Part shown: positions 53,479-64,000 of the stretch, piece by piece
Layout: every line of letters starts with the position of its first letter
Position numbering within the stretch: the first letter of the stretch is position 1
Source of the DNA: Balanoglossus misakiensis
Lineage: Eukaryota > Animalia > Hemichordata
Assembly (NCBI GenBank): GCA_040954595.2
Contig: CM082596.2
Span: 1,269,854 to 1,333,853 of the forward strand
Length of the DNA stretch: 64,000 bases
Direction of reading: 5' to 3'
The notes under the pieces: generated by a model
Told to the model about the DNA's origin: nothing
Seen by the model: the letters and a program-made list of their open reading frames with translations, nothing else
Databases searched by the model: none
Made by a program: the position numbers and the translations under genes

Positions 53479-55038
53479 TGTCATACACTTACGACCTGTA
53501 AATATCTAGATGCAAAATCCTATATGTAAATAGCATCCTGCAGATTTTATTTTATCATATTGTTTTAAGAACATCGAGACAGGGTTCCAAATCATACGAG
53601 AAGAACAGTACTTGTAGTTTAGCCAAACCTACCAATCTGATTCCATTTACAGCGAAATGAAAGGATTCTGGCTCATGGCAAGACACCACATACATTTACA
53701 TTTCTAGCTTTGCATTTTAAAACACAAAAGTGTTGAAATCTGTTTGGATGAGAGTATAGCGAGGAATTACCCCCATTATAAACTTATTAACCGAAGAAAA
53801 ACGTATAAAGAAATCAATAAAATGTTTTGGTAATGTTCATCATTTTCTGAGAGTTTGATTACTGTCATGACGACAGTTCTGTGGGAAATGTTAGTTTTAA
53901 TTTAACATATATTCGGTTAACAACCGCAGCAAGCAACACGAGCAAATAAAGAAAGATTTATCATGGGCAACTTCGCAAGAATTGAAGTAGCTGAGTTATC
54001 AAACTTTGGAAAGTTAACATTCATTACGTCACAGTCCATGTGATTATGTTGACTGGAATACTTATCTCGAGTCAACTCCGGACCTTGCATCGGGGGACCA
54101 AAACGATGTATTCATGTTGACTAAATGTCTGAAGGCGTCTAGGCTAAAAGAGAGTGGCCTTCCAAAACTGGGTGCTACCCCCCGGGCCGGAAAAATTGAC
54201 GTGGGTTCATAAGGTAGTTTGATCACGTCTTAAACGGGTGGACTGATTTTGCCAAGTCGTAAGTTTATGATTGTTAGCCGAGAAGCACAACTTTGCGGAG
54301 GAGCGCAGGTTTACACCAAGTCACAATCCATCAAGACGGACTTTCTAGGTCTCCACGCGGAGGAAATTCCGTTTGAGTGACGCCATTTGCATCGCAGAAG
54401 TTAAGCGTCGATTGTGTAGACTTCACTCAAACAGAACAGTCAGTAAGTTTTCGTCACGTTTAAATGTTGTCATGAAATCACATATGACTACGTTTGGGTA
54501 CAAAGGATCTGCACTGAACCGTTTTAACGGTCATTTACTGTTCAGGGGTAAAAAAATACTTAGAAATGAACAAGAGGCGACAAACCAAAGAATCTGACGA
54601 CCCTCACTTCAAAACGTCGACCTGAAACGCCCCCTCACCCCAGGTGACCTCTCCTTCAAAATACGTGACTTCGGGTCATACAGACCTGGACCTATCTTTG
54701 AATAATTTTAAGGGGTGGACCATTTGATATCCAGGAGAAAGCTGCCGAACTTCTGACAAAATAAATAGCAAACAAATGTAGGCCTGCTACAGACAGACAG
54801 TTGACCCTGGTTTTGCCACCTACCACAAAAAACCAAGGCAAAACCTCGAGCTACTGAACTGCAACTGAGCAATCTGATAAAGACAAACAATGGAACGACT
54901 AATCTAGACATAGGCCATCGGGGTCTTGGGTAATATTTTTCGTTTGATGGTGTACTTAAGCAGCAATGCGTCATGACTTGCAGAAAGTACTTTTGATTGT
55001 ACCAACTGTGATCAATTTTATTTTCTTGCGTTCCAGTA

Positions 55039-56923
55039 ATGGGGGACTTTCTCGAAGACAGACAATTAACTTTGAGGGTAGCTCGTCGCATAAGTGAAGT
55101 CTTCAGGAGCCCAGATTTTCTAAAGAAGATGCTAGAAGCAATTGATCCGACTGTTGGAGACCAAAAGAAGCTCGTCTCAAGGCAGGCAGAACTACGTCGA
55201 ACAGTTCACCAGGACATACTTGAGGAATTGGACGCCATCTACAATGGCGATAGTTTGACAGTATTGAACGTAGAAATTCTCCGTATCTATGCCGATGACG
55301 AAGAGGTGGGTAGAAATCGAGATGTTCCATCTGGAGAAAGTCTTGGATATTGGGCAAATACTTAAGTCTGTCTGTATAAAGGTGTAGAAATCGTAACTTT
55401 TTGATTATATGCAAAAGACAAAAGTGTAGTTGTTTCACATATTTTATGTGATGCCCTTAAAATCTCTATTTCAGATCACGCAAACCTTGGCCAACACTGT
55501 CGCTAGATTTTATGCTACTGCTTTTAAAGTCGTCGAAATCGGAACACCAGCTCCGGAAATTTCCCTGGTTGACATGGAAACGCGTCAAGATATTCCTCTG
55601 TTGGGTTTGAGTACTTCTGTGGACAAGCCACTAGTTTTCGTAGCATCGTCATTATCCTGACCCCCGTTGAGGGTGAGTAACTAACTATACAAGTGGGCGA
55701 ACCATTTCAAATTATTACGTGTTTTGACTTTCTTGAGGGAGGGGATGATTTGAAAATTGACGTGTGAATTTTGGCCTTGATGAAAATGCTGATGTTTACT
55801 CTCTTTTCCAGGCCGTTGTTCACAGCGGCTCGCTGAAGACACTGTACGAGGACTACAAAGACAAAGTCGATATCTGCATGGTTTATCTGATAGAAGCCCA
55901 CGCCAAAGGATCTCACCTGGAAAGAGGTCCTCACTATAGCATCATTACTCAACATCAGGTGCTGGATGACAGAATTCATGCAGCCAAGTAAGGCTTTTTT
56001 TAAATTTTCACGTTAATTGACCAGGATCACTGTAATTATCGAGTTATATCACGCACAACCGAGTTATATCACGCACGACCGAACTAACCAAAAATGCATG
56101 CGAATTTGCTATTGTTGGAGTTCACCTCGTTTCTGAAGAAACAAAGGCACGGTTACACTGACTGGTAGATGGCGCCCAAAGGTTTTACATCTCATGAATA
56201 TGTAGAGATTCCATGTTCTTTTGGTGAATATTAATTAATTAGAATAACAGGGAACGTGTACTCACTTATTTGTTGCTGGAACGGGCCATGGCAAATCCCA
56301 AGGAACGGCAGTTTCTTTCGACAAACAGTCCTGCAAATTTTGGTACAACCAGTCAACCGACATCTTCTTCATTGTTTCCTGCTTCACATCTTAGACGAAT
56401 TTTGAATAATAAATACATACATGCATGAGTGTCAACGATCCGACACGATCCCTCGAGGTGGCGCGTGCTTCAGGTGTAAGTACGTGGTGAAGCTATGCAC
56501 GTGACCACTCTCAGCCAATGGAAATCTAGGTGTTGCACGGCGAATAATACACCCCCCCCCCCCCCAGGTATTGTTCATATATGAACAAAACCGACTTGAT
56601 GATTCAGCCAACCACATGTACTTATGTGTTTTATAATTATAATAATTACGGTCTAATTTTAAAGGTTGCTGATTGAACTGGATACTGAACACCAAACGTT
56701 TACCAGTGACATCAAGGATACGAGTAAAGTGCGTTTGGTACTGGACAACATGGCAAACGATTTCAGTTTGAGTTTTGGAGCGATGCCAGACAGAGTTATC
56801 GTGATTGAAGACAAGAAAGTGGCTTTCATCGGTGCCAACATTAGTGAACAGATGAACAAAGTAATAGTTACAACGGATGAGGTCCGTCAATGGTTGGAGA
56901 AAAGATTTTCAACAGATGAATAA
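55039..56923 (+). CDS. Iodothyronine deiodinase-like selenoprotein (~299 aa; Sec encoded by TGA 55658-55660)
   Basis: Exons 55039-55305, 55475-55672, 55812-55987 and 56665-56923 all have GT-AG boundaries and stay in frame if the TGA is read through. Deiodinase motifs: GTPAPE, KPLVFVASSLS-U-PPL (cf. RPLVLNFGSCT-U-PPF), VYLIEAHA, QHQVLDDRIHAAKLL, VLDNMAN...FGAMPDRVIVIE, EVRQWLEK. A SECIS is present in the 3' UTR. Confidence 0.93.
56040..56081. repeat. Two-copy 20-bp tandem repeat in deiodinase intron 3
   Basis: cgagttatatcacgcacaac / cgagttatatcacgcacgac. Confidence 0.85.
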
Positions 56924-57078
56924 ACCCTGTAGTGTTCAAATGTATCACCATTTAACAAATGAGTATTAGACTTCATGGTGAATTAGTACGATTGCTGAAA
57001 CTAAATTTGAAGAAACATTTGCATATAATCAAGTTGCACCTGTTAATGAAAATACACATTCACTCTACAAGGTGTTGT

Positions 57079-57149
57079 TTGGCAATATAATGACGTCATA
57101 TAGGTAAGTGAGATTCACCCTGTGTGACTGATACAAAGGTCATTGCCAA
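57079..57149 (+). promoter_or_regulatory. Eukaryotic SECIS element (type II) in the 3' UTR of the deiodinase-like gene
   Basis: Helix I: TTGGCAAT 57079-86 pairs with ATTGCCAA 57142-49. Core: ATGAC 57090-94 opposite TGAT 57129-32 (tandem GA quartet). Helix II: GTCATATAGG 57095-104 pairs with CCTGTGTGAC 57119-128 (10 bp, two G-U). Unpaired AA at 57106-07, then apical mini-stem GTGA-gat-TCAC. Confidence 0.93.
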
Positions 57150-57562
57150 CTCCCATTAGGCAGAGTACAATGTGTATTTTCAATTATTGGGGTGCTTTAC
57201 TCATTTTTAATGCTTCTTGTAACTTTGAATGATGTATGATGTCATAGCAACAAAACACCAGGATGTAAAGGTCACCCAGGGGTCAAGAAAGTGGCCTATT
57301 GTAAACCTGCATAAAGTCTTCTCTAACAAATTAATGCCATGAATGCTACACATATTAGTACACATACATGTAAAAATTATATTGGATTTCAATGATTATA
57401 AAGTATGTATTCAATAGCAAAATATATCCGAGAATTCCTGCAAGTCTGCATGGTGGAACGCATCTGTTGATCTTACAATAATTAACTGCTATACATGTAC
57501 AAAGATAGACTTACATGAAAATTAAAAGTTGCCAATAAAGATTTGGGCTAAGGAGAGAGTCA

Positions 57563-57606
57563 TGTGTGTGTGCGTGTGTGTGTGTGTCTGTGTGTGTGTG
57601 TGTGTG
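57563..57606. repeat. (TG)n microsatellite between the convergent deiodinase-like and villin 3' ends
   Basis: About 22 TG units with two interruptions. Confidence 0.9.
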
Positions 57607-59136
57607 AAGGCTGTGAGATATGGAATACAAAAGTCTGTGGAAGTCACTCATGTGATTAGGTGTCTATGAATTATGTGTGTAAAAATGCCTGACAACCAGG
57701 GCTGGTCATTACAATATAAAATACACAACATATATTATTGGAAAGCGGAATTTTTTATTATTTTAGTAGCAATTCATTTTCACAGAGAATTCTCACTGTG
57801 GACTGGATTCAAAGTATTCTGCTGTGTCTACGTAACTGTACTCTGCTAGTGGTACAAAAATACTAGATTACAAGATAAATACTTTTGTAATTATTCCATG
57901 ATTTCAGAATTCATCTGGGGTTTATCACCATTAAGCATCACAACATAAAAAGAAGTAAATTTCATTTTTTAAAATAAACCCAAAAATTGACCACTTCTGT
58001 CAGCACCAACTGCACAGTAACTAGCATTTTGCTGTTATTCAGAATTAGTTATGAAAATTATTCATGCAATATATTACTTTGTAGAGTACATTTTGTTTAA
58101 TTTTTGATATTTGCCTAAAATCAAGGTGTTTCTTGAATAATGATAGAGTTGACAATCTAAATGTTTTTTTTGCCAGGATGTCTGGAAAACCTGCGATGGT
58201 TTGTTTGCATGAAAATAACTTTGCTGCTCAAAAACAGAGTGAGAAAGTTCTTCCATACAGTGAATACAATACACTGAATTGTATGGTTTGCCCATAATTG
58301 AAAATTAGTTTGTTCAGCTTAATTTTGTAACATGGTTCCATAAAATTCAAATTACATGATACAAGTTTTCATATCTGAAAACTTGAACAGATCTTGATAC
58401 TCCGTAAGTATGACTATTTCATTTTTCCATCACCGGCAGCAATTGTTTGAGAGCTGAAGATGCCATATAAGTAACCATGGTAACTAATGCTGGATATGCC
58501 TGTTTTTATGATCACATGACTGTCATGTGACAATCCCACTATGATGAATATTGCCTAACACACCTTGAAACTTTCATAATGCACTTTTTCAGGCAAGTAT
58601 CAGTAAAAATTTGTATCTGGTGGCGAGTACATAACACTAAAAAAGAAACCAAATTAAATTGGAGTTTTGGTTCACTATTAAAAATATCTTGTATTTTAAC
58701 AGAGTCCTATATTTACTTATACCACAAATTAGGCTTTGCTATTTTTATCATATCTACAGTTTAATAATATATTGCTTTTCGAAACGTCATCATCATGGCC
58801 ATCATCATCAATATTGTTGCAACTGTATTACTAAAACTTACTGTTAAAATTCTAATGTTGTTCCTAAAGTCCAGATATATGTAGTTCCAGTCCACTGTGT
58901 TGTATGACGTCTCATGAAGGACACTTGGACAAATTAACTGTCTGCATCTGATAACAAGACTTGATTGTGGATCTTCATGCTAAATATGATTGATCTGTTG
59001 TTCATCAGCTGTAAGACTTGGGTAAAATCCTACACTATAATATGCTAATATTTCAGAGAGAACAATAGTACAAAAGTGTTGACCATCACCACTAGATCTG
59101 ACGACTATCTACAAAGGACTTCTTGGGGTTTTCGAT

Positions 59137-62100
59137 TTAGAAAAGACCAGCTTTTTTCTTCAGCTCATTCTTCTTCCACTGTGGCTTTCCGGTATAGGTT
59201 GGATAATCCATTCCGAAAAGCTGCATGAAAACCTCATCAGACAAGTAGAACTGTAAAACAAAAAAATCCCGGAAAAAATTGAATATATATTTACAAACTC
59301 TTGGCCATCCAGGTGAAATTGTAATTAGTGTATCGCAACTGTCCATCATAACTGCAGCTAAACGTCCATTATCACTGTATAAACTGAGAGGGATGGACCA
59401 AAATGTAGAGCATAGGTACCAGGTGGCCACATACATATAAGGATAGGCATGGACTGAAACAAGAAACATACTTCTTTCTTTGTTGCATCAACACCCAAAG
59501 GCAGTTCTTCTGCCTGAAGCTCCTCTAAGGAGAATTTGGGATAACTTGTTGGGTCATCTGCTCCAGCACCTCCTGCTGATGGACCCACGTTCAAATCCTT
59601 TGAAAGAAAAAATAATAATAAAGTAAGCATACATAACATTGCTACATTGCTCCTGTATTCCATCTTTCAAAACAACTTCAAAGGGTACTCACTGATGAAA
59701 TGACTTTGACTCCAGCATTCTGATCTCCAAGTTCAGCTTTGAGCTGCTCGTAGCTTTTTCCTTCCTGTGAAGTGGAAAAAACAAAGAGACTTTGAAATCA
59801 ATGATACAACTACAAAACGTAAAAAGGTACAAGTCATCTGAAATATTGCCATGTCCCATACTGACATACTTTATGACATTTGCACCTCATTGCTCCTTTA
59901 TTCAACAAGAATTTGTTCAAGTCAGGGTAGAATTTTATCTTCACCACGGGCCTGAATCATGAAGATGTCATCATGAAGATGTCATCTCCACAAAACTGGC
60001 GTGCAAGACTTCATGTGAACAAGAAGAGGACCTACACTCCATTTATTAGGATTCCACGCCATGAACCAACCAGTAAATGTTGGTGGTTCAAAACCTTGTT
60101 TGACTGCGATTAAAGCAGTATCTTCATCTCTGCCACTGGGATCAGTTCTGATGTAATCCTGTAGGCAGAAAATAAACATTGGATTATTTAAGAATCAATA
60201 CAAGAACACAGCATTGACACATCTTTTCATATGGTTTTGGAGCCCATGGAATGTCAGGGGTTAAGTCTGGACTGAACCATGGTGGTGAAAGGGTTAAGTA
60301 TATAAGTTGCAATTTGAATTTGCCTGTTCACTGACAGAAATAACTTACTCTAGCAGTGTTGACAGCTTCTTTCTTCTCAGTATCATTTGCACCAGACCCA
60401 ATCCAGATGAAAACCTGTAATATGGATGTGATAGACATTGTAAATACTAGACAAAATGCTTGGAAGATGTTTCATCTACACAGCAATTTGAATGTTGGCA
60501 AAGGCAATGAATCAGATTGGAGACAAGAATTTCAAAGCATGTAAAAGAGACTTACTTCATCCCATGTATCCAGAAGCATGACATCATCTTCAATGAGGTC
60601 TTCTTGAGTAAAGTCATCAATCTGTTCAACACGGAAACTTCCGGATGCGTTTGAACCTTGGAAGAGACGTGGTGGATGATCCAGTTCAGATTCCTAAAAT
60701 TCCGGGAAAAACACCAATATTTGTAATAGATTCATTACAAGTATGTCTATCAACTTGCAAACTAACCTGCACCACAGCTTTGCTTTCTGCAATCAACATT
60801 TATCCCAATTGTTGTTACTCTCTACCGATTTCTCATGTCTCTCGATGTAAGATTTCTATTGTACAATACACAAACATACCTGCATTCTTGGTGTTGAAGC
60901 ATATGGTACTTTGCCTCCCAAAGCGCTCCAGAAATCAGTGGGTTCTTGTCCCTCAGGCACCATTGTGTATTCACTGTCAAAGAAACCAAACACAGTATTA
61001 GCTTTACCCATTCTCCACTATGGTCCGGTTCAAACCTATTGTATTCTATGGTAAGGTTGGACCTATAGAGAGGATCTGGGGGTGACAAGGTTAAGATAAC
61101 TTTCTTGGCAGCACATGGATGCAAAATAACCATGAAGCAGTATCTGACGATTTGATCCTAGATACTGAAGTGTGTGTTGTAGTGTTTGGAGTTCTTGTGA
61201 TAAAGACTACGATGGCATATCATCAAGCAGTATGAAGTTCTTACCGTGGAGATATGGATTTGCAAATTTGTTTGGCTAATTCTCTCTCATCACCGCTGCA
61301 TCCCTGCAAGGTAAAAACACACACTCATTAGGAACAAATCAATGGAAATGCATGAAAACATGAAGTTAGAAGAGTCAAAAGGAAATTATTTTACCTTGCC
61401 ACACCAGAGATAAATATTCTTTGGTGTCTGGGTAACAAACACATCGTTGGAGTTCAGTGATGAAGCGACAGCATCAACCTGGAAGTACAAAACATTGTCT
61501 TTTAATACCAGTCACTGAAAATACAAACTACATTTCACATTAAGCATCAAAGAGTGCCAGTTTATTACTTTTCTATAGAACCCTGCAGTAGTCTGTGGGC
61601 CATATTTTATTAACGAGTAGGCTTAATGCTAGGCCTGATCACTTCACAAAAATGTTAAATACTTACTTCATAAGCCTTGGTTGAGAGTTCACTTGTTCCA
61701 CGGACTTGGAACATCCTGACACCACCAGTGTAAGCCTTGTCTTTTTGATTGGTGTTTTTGAAAGCACTGCTTTTGCCACCCTGTGAGTTGACAGAAGATA
61801 CAAAAGGAAGGGAAAAGAAAAATACAGGAAATCTGTCAATTTTCACTCTTTAACAAACTGTGTCATGTGTACCAGGATAACCATGACGAGACAGGACCAC
61901 CAGACAGGACTACCAGATGGACAATTCTGGATGAGAGGATAGATGGGGCCACCAAGAATTTGACTGAGACATTCGTAACCATGGCTACATCATATCACAG
62001 ATTGAGAAGATCAAGTTCAACACTATTTGGTTGACAGAATAGTAGAAGACAGTAATTATCCATGGCGGTTTCATATTCATTGCCATGAAGTTCTTCAGTG

Positions 62101-63979
62101 TCTGCATGACTCAAAAACACAGTAACCGTACAATTTCCACAAACAAGAAAACATAGCCATATCAAACAGGAAGAGGACAGAATCAGATTTCTTCTGGTGA
62201 CCTCTAAAAAACACCGATGTTCATAAAAAATCAAATGAGGGTAGATCCAGGGCTACCAAAAGTGAAAGAGTAAAACGACAGAGAATACATGGCAAATATC
62301 AAAACTTACGGCTATTGGCCTTTTTACATTCATGTTGTAGTGTCACAAAAACGCTCCACATATAAGTGTAAGTGCACAATATTTTGTGTTTGCTGAGCTT
62401 TTCTTAACATCTCACTCTTTGCTAACCTTTTATGTGTCCTCTTACATGAGGTATAACACATGTTAGTGTTGACATTCTCACCCGTTATTATGTCATGTTG
62501 ATCGACCCACTGAGTTACCACCAAAATGCCACAGTGAAATTATCCTGCCCAATATACATCAAACATGTTTAATTCAAATTTCTAGTCAAATTACTGACTA
62601 AATATTTACCTACAGTACATTGTACAGTTTGAAAGGAACGAAAACGTTTTGCACAGCTGAATCACTACAGTTACTTGAGTGGCCAACCTAATAATTGGTA
62701 CCCTGGTAATGGTGGAAAGTCAATGGGCAACCAGTACTGTAAGTACATCTATATAATCTCTAAATCACCAAAAGTGTTCATGCAGTTATGTGCACTCTAA
62801 GTATTGGAAAAATAACATTCAACTTTGTCATCATAAAATAAATACTTGTTCTGCATATCAACAATAATTCAATATCCCCAAAGAATTTACTTGTCAATAC
62901 ATTCAAGTTCGGACTTGTCAGTGATGATTTACACAGGCTTATGTGTAAACTGTATAATTATGTATTGATAAGTCGTACAATCAAAGTATATATTTGTTGA
63001 CCTTTGCTGATTAGTGGACAAGGAACACATTTTTCTTCTCTGGAAATGGTTTTTGAGATGGAATAAAAAGCCCAACCCGGTGACGTGATATTCAGGGGAT
63101 GAGGGGAGTTGTCAAACCAGATGCAAATGTAAACACTGTATGCAGTATAACACAGGACTAGAATCCCCGAGTATATCATTGGTACAGTAACTGTTCATGG
63201 AAAAAGTAGACCGACGGATTTTGATCAGATTGACTTTTGCTCGTTGTATCATACAAATTTGGGCTTGACACTTGTTGTGTTCAGTGATGGGATCCCATAA
63301 AGGGCCAGCTTTTTGGTGATGAACTATGTGAGATGTTAACCTTATAACCCCTGATCCCTATGCTTTCATTCCACACCATTTGTGCCATGCATAACCTGGA
63401 CATTCTCCATGGACTGAAGATCAGTCTGTGATATGAGGCAGGACCCCATTGATATGGAGATGACCCCCGATGTGTGCATCCCATGTTGTGAGTACAGATC
63501 ACCTAGTAAACTGCCCTACCTATTACATACATGACACCCATTGATTAGAAATGAAAACCGCCGAGTTAAAATGACAAGATGACAAGAAACCCCAACAAGA
63601 AGCTACCACTATCTACTAGATATACATAGCAGTTGAAATAACTTGCTCTAAATCTGCTTCATACATTTGTCCAATTTTGTTCCAATTTGAGCACTTGCAT
63701 TTTTGTTAGTAACATTACCTTAAACTTATCTTATGTGTTACCATGGTGAACTCAGGTCAACATGCAATGTCAGAAGGCACCTATTTGCATTTGTCTATCC
63801 ACCTACTTTCCGCAGGCACACACGCACATGTCCACACCCTGAAGGGGCGTGTACGAGGGCTCGGGCAGCAAGGCAGAGGCGACTTGGCAATTCTCTTATA
63901 CCCATACCTTATGAATGACGAGGGTACCCTCAAACATGGCCAACAAATGGGGTGGTTCCTTTCCCATAACGACTCGAAC
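59137..63979 (-). CDS. Villin/advillin-like actin-binding protein, C-terminal part (end of gelsolin repeat 4, repeats 5-6, headpiece); the 5' part lies beyond the window
   Basis: Minus-strand exons 63908-63979, 61667-61780, 61395-61478, 61245-61303, 60880-60973, 60556-60693, 60349-60414, 60036-60158, 59693-59764, 59472-59597 and 59137-59250 splice in frame (353 aa). Motifs: [99 protein letters not shown], and headpiece [25 protein letters not shown]...[15 protein letters not shown]. Confidence 0.95.
60268..60297 (-). mobile_element. Partial third copy (terminus) of the same repeat
   Basis: tggactgaaccatggtggtgaaagggttaa versus tggactgaaccacggtaatgaaagggttaa at ~23207-23236. Confidence 0.6.
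61003..61094 (+). mobile_element. Second copy of the ~90-bp TTAA-ended repeat, in a villin intron
   Basis: tttacccattctccactatggtccggttcaaacctattgtattctatggtaaggttggacctatagagaggatctgggggtgacaaggttaa is collinear with the reverse complement of 23151-23236. Confidence 0.7.
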
Positions 63980-64000
63980 CTGTTGTCATGTTTACATACG

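Noticed and set aside
55658-55660. In-frame TGA read as a pseudogene-causing nonsense mutation
   Set aside because: It falls at the deiodinase catalytic Sec position, downstream exons are intact, and a SECIS is present.
56432-56890. 152-aa minus-strand ORF
   Set aside because: It is antisense to deiodinase exon 4 plus intronic sequence, including a poly-C run.
63281-63535. Cys-containing peptide ([12 protein letters not shown]) faintly like a WSC-domain fragment, in a villin intron
   Set aside because: An in-frame stop lies just upstream, the match is too short and there are no supporting exons.
1-64000. CRISPR arrays, tRNA/rRNA genes, prokaryotic operons or defence islands
   Set aside because: No repeat-spacer array or cloverleaf was seen by eye. 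The DNA is spliceosomal-intron-containing animal sequence, and the remaining short ORFs in the track look like chance ORFs.

Overview
This is eukaryotic, AT-rich, intron-rich animal DNA. It looks like a marine invertebrate, possibly a deuterostome, but the host is only inferred. (1) Positions 1-35 kb contain no convincing internal coding exons. They look like the long 5' region of a large minus-strand gene whose body lies left of the window, with a C2H2 zinc-finger first exon at 34843-35013 and several candidate alternative first exons. (2) An intronless class A GPCR lies at 39934-41058 (+). (3) An 18-coding-exon gene at 46358-53478 (+, ~1359 aa by manual splicing) has the architecture helical-repeat solenoid / coiled coil / Death / TIR / TIR / acidic tail / CaaX. 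(4) A 4-exon iodothyronine-deiodinase-like selenoprotein lies at 55039-56923 (+, ~299 aa). The ORF track breaks it at an in-frame TGA (55658-55660), which a clear type II SECIS at 57079-57149 supports as selenocysteine. It appears to lack the usual N-terminal membrane anchor. (5) The 3' part of a villin/advillin-like gene lies at 59137->63979 (-). The window also has a TA-flanked foldback MITE, a short TTAA-ended repeat family and simple repeats. All gene models were spliced by eye from GT/GC-AG signals and frame continuity, and no database search was run.
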